Positions 54,516 to 64,000 of a stretch of DNA of 64,000 nt are shown piece after piece. Position numbers and translations under genes: made by a program. Position 1 is the stretch's first letter; the number at the start of each line of letters is the position of its first letter. The notes under the pieces are model-generated. The model was not told the DNA's origin and made no database searches. It saw nothing but the letters and a program-made list of their open reading frames with translations. Source of the stretch: Candidatus Latescibacterota bacterium (GTDB lineage: Bacteria; Latescibacterota; UBA2968; UBA8231); contig CBDCXV010000011.1 in NCBI GenBank assembly GCA_965223905.1, positions 1,184,001 to 1,248,000 of the forward strand, in the 5' to 3' direction.

Positions 54516-56063
54516 ATGCCCAGACGCAGACTCCCCATCGGCATCCAGACCTTCCGCGAGATCCGCGAGCAGGACTGCTACTACGTCGACAAGACCGCGT
54601 ACATCCGGCGGCTGCTCGACGGGGGCAAGCACTACTTCCTGTCGCGGCCCCGGCGCTTCGGCAAGAGCCTGTTCCTCGACACCTGCAAGGAGCTCTTCGA
54701 GGGCAACGAACCCCTGTTCGAGGGGCTGGACATCCACGAGCACTGGGACTGGTCGGCGCGGCACCCGGTCGTGCGCCTCGACTTCAGCAGCGGCAACTAC
54801 CAGGCACCTGAAGACGTGCGGACGGAAGTGGCGGCGCAATTGAGCGTCATGGAGGACGAAGCGGAGGTAACCCCCCGCGACAACGATCCGTCCCTCCGCT
54901 TCCGGCACTTGGTCAAGGAGCTCCACGAGCGCACCGGCCGGCGCGTGGCGGTCCTCGTGGACGAGTACGACAAGCCGATCCTCGACAGGCTCGACGCGCC
55001 CGAGGTCGCCCGCGCCAATCGCGACTTTCTGCGCAGCCTGTATTCGACCGTGAAGTTCTCCGACGCGCACATCCGTTTCAGCTTCCTTACCGGGGTGAGC
55101 AAGTTCTCCAAGGTCAGCCTGTTCTCCGGCCTCAACAACCTGATCGACATCACCCTGGACGCGGAGTACTCCTCCATCTGCGGCTATACCGATTCGGACC
55201 TGGACGCGGTCTTCGCGCCGGAACTCCCCGGTCTCGACCGGGACGAGATCCGCGACTGGTACAACGGCTACAACTGGCTCGGCGAGGAGAAGGTCTACAA
55301 CCCCTTCGACATCCTGCTACTGTTTCGACGCCGCCAGTTCGGCGCCTGGTGGTTCGAGACCGGCACCCCGGCGTTCCTGGTGGAAACGCTGTTCCAGCGG
55401 AGAGTGAGTTCGCTGGCCCTCGACGACATGCTGGGAAGCAGCGACCTGCTGTCGGCCTTCGACGTCGATCACATCGCGACGGAGGCGCTGCTGTTCCAGA
55501 CCGGCTACCTGACCATTCGCCGCACCGAGCCGCGCGGCCGGCGGATGTATTACCGGCTGGGCTATCCCAACCAGGAGGTGAGGCAGAGCCTGAACGAGAG
55601 CCTGCTGAACCGCATGACGGGGGATGACTCGCGCCAGGAGGCGAACAGCGCCCGGCTCTACGACCTGCTGCTCGCCAACGACTTTGCCGGGCTCGAGGCC
55701 CTGTTCCAGGCGTTTTTCGCCAGCATCCCCTACGAGTGGTACACCAACAACGACATCGCCGGCTACGAGGGCTACTACGCCAGCGTGTTCTACTCGTACT
55801 TCGCGGCGCTGGGATTGGACGTTACCGTGGAGGACAGCAGCAGCCACGGCCGCCTCGACATGGCGGTCCGCTTCAACGACAACGTCTACCTCTTCGAGTT
55901 CAAGGTGGTCGAGATGGCGCCGGAGGGCGCGGCCATGGCGCAGTTGAAGGAGAGGCGCTACGCCGACAAGTACCGCGCCCCGGGCCGGCCCATCTACCTG
56001 GTTGCCGTCGAGTTCAGCAAGGAAACCCGCAACCTGGCCGCCTTCGGCGTCGAGAGGGCCTGA
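54516..56063 (+). CDS. AAA-ATPase-like plus PD-(D/E)XK protein, paralogue 3
   Basis: Same motifs; same length as paralogue 2. Confidence 0.92.
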   Translation: MPRRRLPIGIQTFREIREQDCYYVDKTAYIRRLLDGGKHYFLSRPRRFGKSLFLDTCKELFEGNEPLFEGLDIHEHWDWSARHPVVRLDFSSGNYQAPEDVRTEVAAQLSVMEDEAEVTPRDNDPSLRFRHLVKELHERTGRRVAVLVDEYDKPILDRLDAPEVARANRDFLRSLYSTVKFSDAHIRFSFLTGVSKFSKVSLFSGLNNLIDITLDAEYSSICGYTDSDLDAVFAPELPGLDRDEIRDWYNGYNWLGEEKVYNPFDILLLFRRRQFGAWWFETGTPAFLVETLFQRRVSSLALDDMLGSSDLLSAFDVDHIATEALLFQTGYLTIRRTEPRGRRMYYRLGYPNQEVRQSLNESLLNRMTGDDSRQEANSARLYDLLLANDFAGLEALFQAFFASIPYEWYTNNDIAGYEGYYASVFYSYFAALGLDVTVEDSSSHGRLDMAVRFNDNVYLFEFKVVEMAPEGAAMAQLKERRYADKYRAPGRPIYLVAVEFSKETRNLAAFGVERA

Positions 56064-56121
56064 GCCTCCGGGACGCGCGCGAAAGGCAGGCAGCGGCCTG
56101 AATACCCATGCGCAATTCCTA

Positions 56122-57867
<1,746 letters not shown>

Positions 57868-57969
57868 TAGTTGATTTCAGGTATGGAAAATGCTCCGACC
57901 GCGGCCAGGCGGCCTTGCCCCGGCTCAGGCGAGAGTTGATTTTAAGTTAAACTTGAGAAAGGTACCCCG

Positions 57970-58215
57970 ATGCCAGAGATAATCAGTGCCAAACAGCTTC
58001 GAGAGCGCCTGCAGGATGTCGTAGAAAAAGTGCGGCACGGGGAGCGATTTACCGTTCTGTACCGCAGTCGTCCGGCCTTCGACATCGTCCCGGTTGGCAG
58101 TCCACCTATCGAAAGTGTGCCGCTGGAATCGGATTCGCTATACCAGGCCCCAGCCGTTGGTGCATCCGAATCGGGGGACGCTGCCGCACGGCATGACGAG
58201 GTGCTGTACCGGTGA
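57970..58215 (+). CDS. Phd/YefM-family antitoxin
   Basis: Motif ISAKQLRERLQDVVEKVRHGERFTV. Confidence 0.88.
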   Translation: MPEIISAKQLRERLQDVVEKVRHGERFTVLYRSRPAFDIVPVGSPPIESVPLESDSLYQAPAVGASESGDAAARHDEVLYR

Positions 58216-58619
58216 GGCAAATGTTCGTGGATACGGCCGCATGGGTTGCGGCCGCGGATAGCGGTGATACGGCGGGTTCGGCTGTACGGGAAGCTCGGGA
58301 TCAATGGCTGTCGTCTGGAGGCCTGCTGACGACGACCGACTATGTGATCGACGAAACTCTTACCACCATCCGGTTCCGCCTTGGTCTTAATGCTGCTGAA
58401 GCTTGGTGGCTGCAAATCGACGGCTCGGTTCGACTGCGGATCGAGTCCATTGACGAACCGCGAAGAGAACGGGCGCGGTCACTCTTCTTTGGCTATCGGG
58501 ATAAGGAATTCTCCTATACCGACTGCTGCAGCTTTGCCCTCATGCGAGAATTGCGAATTCGGCGGGCATTGACGTTGGACCATCACTTCCGACAGATGGG
58601 ATTTGAAGTTATTCCATAA
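58212..58619 (+). CDS. vapC: VapC PIN-domain toxin
   Basis: Motifs FVDTAAW, YVIDET, SYTDC and LTLDHHF. Confidence 0.9.
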   Translation: MRQMFVDTAAWVAAADSGDTAGSAVREARDQWLSSGGLLTTTDYVIDETLTTIRFRLGLNAAEAWWLQIDGSVRLRIESIDEPRRERARSLFFGYRDKEFSYTDCCSFALMRELRIRRALTLDHHFRQMGFEVIP

Positions 58620-58723
58620 CGCTGTTCCAGACCGGCTGCCTCACGGCGGCACCTTCACCGCCCTCGGCAAACCCTACCTCCACTTCGACGCCCCGCTGAT
58701 CGTCGTGTAACGGAAACCATGCC

Positions 58724-60493
58724 ATGAGCACCGAGCCGGCTCCCGCCTCTTCCCGCCCCGCGCTGCCCGACTACATCTCGGCGCGCATGATCAACGAGTA
58801 CGTCTACTGCCCGCGGCTGTTCTACTTCGAGCAGGTCGAGGGAGTGTTCGTCCACAACGAACACACCGTGGAAGGGGCCGTGCAGCACAAGCGCGTCGAC
58901 AAGGAGGGCAAGTCCGCCCCCGGTCCGGAGGAAGAAACGGACGAGCCGGTCGTGGTGCGCTCGATGACCTTGTCCTCCGAGAAGCACCGCGTCATCGCCA
59001 AGCTCGACCTGGCGGAGTTCGACCACGGCCGTGCCACGCCGGTCGACTACAAGCACGGCCGGCCCATGTCCGACGACGAAGGCGTGCAGGCGTGGCCGAC
59101 CGACCGCGTTCAGCTCGCCGTCCAGGCGCTCGTTCTGCGCGCCAACGGCTACCGCTGTGAGGAAGGTTTCGTTTTCTACCAGAAGACGCGGCAGAGAGTG
59201 CGGATCGCGTTCGACGACGGGACGATCGCCGAAGCGGAGCGGGCCATCGCCGGCGCCTGGGACACCGCGGCCGCACAAGAGATGCCCCCGCCGCTAATCG
59301 ACTCCCCCAAGTGCCCCGGATGTTCGCTGGTCGGCATCTGCCTGCCGGACGAGACCTGGAGCCTGTGGTCGCGGGACGACGGCGAGGCCGAGCAGCTCGA
59401 CCTGTTCGAGACGCGTCCGGGAAAACGCCCAAAGCCGCGGGCCGGGGAACCCCGGTTGCTGGTAACCCCGCGCGACGACCTGCGGCCACTCTACCTCAAC
59501 ACCCAGAGGCTGCGCGTCGGAAAGACCGGCGGCCTGCTCCGCATCAAGGAGCGCGACAAGGTCGTCCAGGAGGCGCGCATCAACGAGATCTGCCAGGTCA
59601 ACCTGATGGGCGCCGTCCAGATCAGCACCCAGGCCGTGCAGGAGCTGTGCCGCGCCGAAAAACCGATCTGCTACTTCTCCCAGGGCGGATGGTTCTACGG
59701 CGTAACCACCGGGCTCAGCACCAAGAACGTCTTTTTGAGGAGAACGCAGTTCCGTCTCGCGGAGGAGGCCCGCTTCTGTCTGCGGATTGCCAGGACGCTG
59801 GTCGCGGGCAAGATCCGCAATCAGCGAACCATGCTGCTGCGCAACCACGTCGAGCCGCCGAAGCCGGAGCTGCAGGAATTGAAGTGGCTCGTTGCCCGCG
59901 CCGAAACCGCGGAGTCCCTTGAAGAGCTGCTCGGTTTCGAAGGCTGGGCGGCGCGCATCTACTTCGGGCTCTTCGCCGGCATGTTGAAGCGCGACCGCTC
60001 AGAACAGGAGGACCCGGAGTTCACATTCGATTTCCAGGCCCGCAACCGAAGACCGCCCCGCGACCCGGTCAACGCCCTGCTGTCCCTCGGCTACAGCCTG
60101 CTGGCCAAGGACCTGACCATCGCCTGTTACGCGGTCGGCTTCGATCCGATGATGGGCTTCTTCCACCAGCCGCGGCATGGCCGGCCGGCCCTCGCCCTGG
60201 ACCTGATGGAGCCGCTGCGGCCGTTGATCGCCGACTCCGCCGTGCTCAGCACGGTGAACACGAAGATGGTTTCCGAGCGCGATTTCGTGACCGCGGGACC
60301 GGCGGTGTCGCTGACCGCCGCGGGCAGGAAAAGCTTTCTGCGGGCGTACGAGGCACGGATGGACACCCTCGTCACGCATCCCCTCTTCGATTACCGCGTC
60401 AGCTACCGGCGCCTGCTCGAAATCCAGGCGCGCCTTCTGGCCAAAACGCTCGAGGGCGAGCTGGACGAATACCCGGTTTTCGTGACGCGATGA
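58724..60493 (+). CDS. cas1: Cas4-Cas1 fusion (type I-G)
   Basis: Cas4: YCPRLFYF, KLD..VDYK, KCPGCSLVGIC. Cas1: RNRRPPRDPVNALLS, ALALDLME. Confidence 0.95.
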   Translation: MSTEPAPASSRPALPDYISARMINEYVYCPRLFYFEQVEGVFVHNEHTVEGAVQHKRVDKEGKSAPGPEEETDEPVVVRSMTLSSEKHRVIAKLDLAEFDHGRATPVDYKHGRPMSDDEGVQAWPTDRVQLAVQALVLRANGYRCEEGFVFYQKTRQRVRIAFDDGTIAEAERAIAGAWDTAAAQEMPPPLIDSPKCPGCSLVGICLPDETWSLWSRDDGEAEQLDLFETRPGKRPKPRAGEPRLLVTPRDDLRPLYLNTQRLRVGKTGGLLRIKERDKVVQEARINEICQVNLMGAVQISTQAVQELCRAEKPICYFSQGGWFYGVTTGLSTKNVFLRRTQFRLAEEARFCLRIARTLVAGKIRNQRTMLLRNHVEPPKPELQELKWLVARAETAESLEELLGFEGWAARIYFGLFAGMLKRDRSEQEDPEFTFDFQARNRRPPRDPVNALLSLGYSLLAKDLTIACYAVGFDPMMGFFHQPRHGRPALALDLMEPLRPLIADSAVLSTVNTKMVSERDFVTAGPAVSLTAAGRKSFLRAYEARMDTLVTHPLFDYRVSYRRLLEIQARLLAKTLEGELDEYPVFVTR

Positions 60494-60675
60494 GCTTGCG
60501 AGCGGCGAGGCGACGCGCCAAGTCCCGCCGGTGCTCGCGTTGCCGCAAGTGACGTATTTTCAATGAGATCCATACGGGAGACGATCAGGGCACCAATCGA
60601 TTTAGAGGGGGCGGCGGTCGCCGCTCGCATTTACGCTTCCAGGTGTTTGATAATACTATAGATAGGGTGCAGGCT
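60494..60675 (+). promoter_or_regulatory. CRISPR leader
   Basis: Non-coding gap between cas1 and repeat 1 with GCGAGC/GCTCGC boxes and an AT-rich end. Confidence 0.7.
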
Positions 60676-62043
60676 GTTTCCGCGATCTATTGGTCGCGGC
60701 CTCATTGAAGCGACGATGCCCACTCCTACGAGCATGTCCGGCTCCCCCATGTTTCCGCGATCTATTGGTCGCGGCCTCATTGAAGCTCGTGTTACGTTAT
60801 ACGTGCACGCGTGCGGAAGGCGGTTTCCGCGATCTATTGGTCGCGGCCTCATTGAAGCTCGTGTTACGTTATACGTGCACGCGTGCGGAAGGCGGGTTTC
60901 CGCGATCTATTGGTCGCGGCCTCATTGAAGCCCTGCTCGTTGAGTCGGCCCTGGAGGATTCGGTCATCCGAGTTTCCGCGATCTATTGGTCGCGGCCTCA
61001 TTGAAGCATCCGTTACCCGATGCGATCTATCGCCGGCTGCTGCGAGTTTCCGCGATCTTTTGGTCGCGGCCTCATTGAAGCGTATCCATTCGCTATCGGG
61101 ACTGGATAGGGATTCCCCACGTTTCCGCGATCTTTTGGTCGCGGCCTCATTGAAGCCACTCGGTGATAAGGAACACCTCACGCAACCACTGCATGTTTCC
61201 GCGATCTTTTGGTCGCGGCCTCATTGAAGCGCGCTGTTGCATGGCGACAACTGCCCGGCGCGGGTCGGGTTTCCGCGATCTTTTGGTCGCGGCCTCATTG
61301 AAGCTCGGGCCAACAGGGGCAGGCAGGCACACCGTGAGAGGCGTTTCCGCGATCTTTTGGTCGCGGCCTCATTGAAGCTTTGTGCATCCGCATCGCGCAG
61401 CGAGACATCGTTTCAGGTTTCCGCGATCTTTTGGTCGCGGCCTCATTGAAGCGAGTAGACGATGGCCCTCTTCCCCCCGTCTCCCCGCACGTTTCCGCGA
61501 TCTTTTGGTCGCGGCCTCATTGAAGCTCCAGGTTGAAACCTCGATGTCGTAAAGCGTCCATCCGAGTTTCCGCGATCTTTTGGTCGCGGCCTCATTGAAG
61601 CAAGTAACAGGGATTCATGGAATTTCGCAGGAGCTATGTTTCCGCGATCTTTTGGTCGCGGCCTCATTGAAGCCAATCGCCATATGCAAACCTGTGCCAA
61701 GTTCCAACGGGTTTCCGCGATCTTTTGGTCGCGGCCTCATTGAAGCGCTGCTCCGTCCTGGTCGATGTAGCTGATCGCGTCCGAGTTTCCGCGATCTTTT
61801 GGTCGCGGCCTCATTGAAGCCGACACTGAAGGAAAGTATGTCGGAGTCGATGTGTTCCAAGTTTCCGCGATCTTTTGGTCGCGGCCTCATTGAAGCCTGA
61901 AACCGCTCACCGCTTGCCTCGAACCCAAACCGGAAGTTTCCGCGATCTTTTGGTCGCGGCCTCATTGAAGCACCACGAAGTCAAAAGTGTCATCGGGGTT
62001 TTCGGTCGTTTCCGCGATCTTTTGGTCGCGGCCTCATTGAAGC
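60676..62043 (+). CRISPR. CRISPR array: 19 repeats of 36 bp (GTTTCCGCGATCT[A/T]TTGGTCGCGGCCTCATTGAAGC) and 18 spacers of 36-40 bp
   Basis: Counted manually; internal CCGCGA/TCGCGG hairpin; degenerate extra repeat at about 62242-62277. Confidence 0.97.
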
Positions 62044-62376
62044 GAGGCGGCAGGGACGCATGCAAGAGCTGCACGACCTGCTCGGGCGGTACAGGGACGG
62101 CCACGAGTTTCTGCTGGCTGTAGATGAGGTTGGAACTGAGAGCGGAAGCGCCCAGCCGATAGGCCGCTGCATCAGCGGCCAGCGATGGTCCGCTACGACA
62201 TCGCCGACCAAGTTAATAGGTAGGGGCTAAAAGATTCAGAACCAGAGGGAATCTTGTGGTCGCGGCTTGACCGAAGTGATACTTTGGCCCGGACTTCTTA
62301 CTTAAGAAAAATCACCTGCTCTTCTTTTCCGCGGCTACCTCATGCAGTCCGGACTGAGTGCGACTGTCTCCGGCTA

Positions 62377-63694
62377 TCATTGGGTTGCGCAGCGCGAATC
62401 GTCTTCTGTGCAAACCGGCACATACTCCCACTCATATTTGCACGGTGGAGATTCACCACTTTCGCACAACTCAGTATCTTCGAACTCCTTGCAAAAAATA
62501 CTGTTTCCATCTTCATCTTTATTTTCTGTCGAATGGTATTCTTCCCGTGGTACATTGTGGCCGCAAACTACCGTAAACGGGTGATTGTAAATCGGAATTG
62601 TGGTTTGCCCAGCCGAATTCCCATCTACAGTGTAATAGCCCCAACTTTTGCTGTGAAGAAATAGGTCTCCGGGTTGGTCCCCGGGGTAATTTTCCCCGGG
62701 ACAGTAGCAATCAGTGGGACGACGAGGAGGAGGAGGTGGTGGTAGTGGTGGTGGTAGTGGTGGTGGTAGTGGTGGTGGTGGCTGCCCGTCGTCCGTGCCG
62801 CCGTCGCCCGTGGTGGTTCCATCCCCCCGACGCCGTCATCCGTCCCGTCGCCCGTGGTGGTTCCATCCCCGACCCCGTCATCCGTCCCGCCGCCCGTGGT
62901 GCTTCCATCCCCATCGTCGACCGAGCCGTCGTCCGTCGTCGTGCCGCCGTCATCCCCCTGACCGTCGTCCGTCGTCGTATCCGCCGTCGTCCATCCCCGA
63001 CCGCCATCCCCCTGATCCCCGTCTGTGCCATCCGTGCCTCCGTCCCCGTCGGCGTCGTCCGATCCTTTGCCGCAGTCGTGCCGCCATCCCCATCGTCGTC
63101 GTCGGTCCCGTCAGCAGTCGTGCCGCCGCCATCGTCCCCCTGACCGTCCTCCGTGCTATCCGGCGCTTCCATCCCCATCGTCGACCGACCCGTCATGCCG
63201 TCGTGTCCGTCACCGCCCCTTTGCCCGTCGTCCGTGGTGCCTCCGTCGTCGACCCTTTCCGTCATCCACGGTCAAACCTCCGTCGTCCGTCTGTCCCGTC
63301 GTCACGAGGCTCTCTGCCATCGTCGTCACACCTTTCCGTCATCAGTGGTGGTGCTCCCGTCGTCGACCGTCCCATCATCCGTGGTGGTGCTCCCGTCGTC
63401 GGCCGTCCCGTCATCCGTGGTGGTGCTCCCGTCGTCGGCCGTCCCGTCATCCGTGGTATCTCCGTCCTCACCTCCGGTTCCGTCCGTGTCCGTGGGTTCC
63501 CGGCGCTCTCCGAAGTGGTCGGCGAAGATGAAGAAATCGTCGAGGTCGACCAGCCCGCCGTCCCCATCGAGGTCGTACTTGGGGGCCACGGTGCCGAAGT
63601 GATCCTTGAACAGCCAGTAATCCTCCCATTCGACCACCCCATCCCCGTTGAAATCGGGAAATACCATCACCCCTGCCGCAAGCAAGAGCCACAT
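62377..63694 (-). pseudogene. dockerin/EF-hand-like secreted protein with DDGT repeats, poly-Pro linker and Cys-rich C-terminus; several frameshifts
   Basis: DFNGDGVVEWED and DLDGDGGLVDLDDFF motifs. Frame 62835-62377 is open and reads PPPPLPPP...DCYC...CATQ*. Confidence 0.7.
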
Positions 63695-64000
63695 GGCCTA
63701 CAACTCCTTCTCCCCCCCCGTAACCGTTCCCCTCCCGGATCGATGGGACCGGGAACAGGAACGCAGGGAGCTACGGTTACGGCGGTAGTTCGAGGTTGAA
63801 CGCGGTGCTGCCGAAGGCTGCCGGGGGGAGAACTGCTCGGATGGCTCGCCTTCTTCGATGAAACCAGAGAGCGTGCCGCCGGGGAATGCGACACTAAAAC
63901 ACTAGCTTAAAATACGAAGACGGGGGAATTCTTGCCCCTGGGCTTTAAATCCCGTCTTTGCGATTCCTCAGGGATTCCCTGACAGGCGGGATCACATAGG

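Noticed and set aside
61674-61710. Spacer 14 resembling the sigma54 box at 35712-35728
   Set aside because: Only a gapped 16-nt match and the flanks differ. No regular spacer showed a full match in the window by eye.
60932-61784. Spacers 4, 12 and 15 all ending in TCCGA
   Set aside because: Only 3 of 18 spacers in GC-rich DNA; cannot be separated from chance without protospacers.
62714-63799. Plus-strand poly-Gly/Val and minus-strand poly-His/Thr ORFs
   Set aside because: Alternate frames of the poly-Pro and DDGT repeats.

Overview
A bacterial chromosomal window in three parts. The protein repertoire (dockerin-like DFNGDG repeats, C-terminal WGxxK tails, LRR/FN3/cadherin/Calx-beta proteins, tandem AAA-PD-(D/E)XK genes) suggests a Latescibacterota/Poribacteria-like, possibly sponge-associated host; this is inference only. 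(1) 1-24810 is a lower-GC accessory island. It holds two divergent IS1595-family transposases, an ISKra4 element, RadC, DUF3102, SWIB and XRE genes and defence-like cargo (SIR2, HEPN, NERD). It carries six copies of an 18-bp dyad, TGTCGGTG-NN-CACCGACA, and its right end truncates a giant surface-protein gene. (2) 24.8-47.5 kb holds giant secreted/LRR genes, a duplicated sigma54 promoter module and housekeeping/metabolic genes (LysR, NUDIX, nucleoside hydrolase-gluconokinase fusion, MFS, mnmA, cobB, PhyH). (3) 47.5-62.3 kb is a decayed type I-G (I-U) CRISPR-Cas locus: truncated cas3, a small cas8-like gene, no cas7/cas5, three AAA-nuclease paralogues, cas2 split by ISL3, a VapBC pair, cas4-cas1 and a 19-repeat array. 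A recurring oddity is that integrase-free inserts of about 0.8, 1.8 and 14.6 kb are each bracketed by a diverged duplicate of the upstream gene's 3' end. All calls are by eye, with no database searches.
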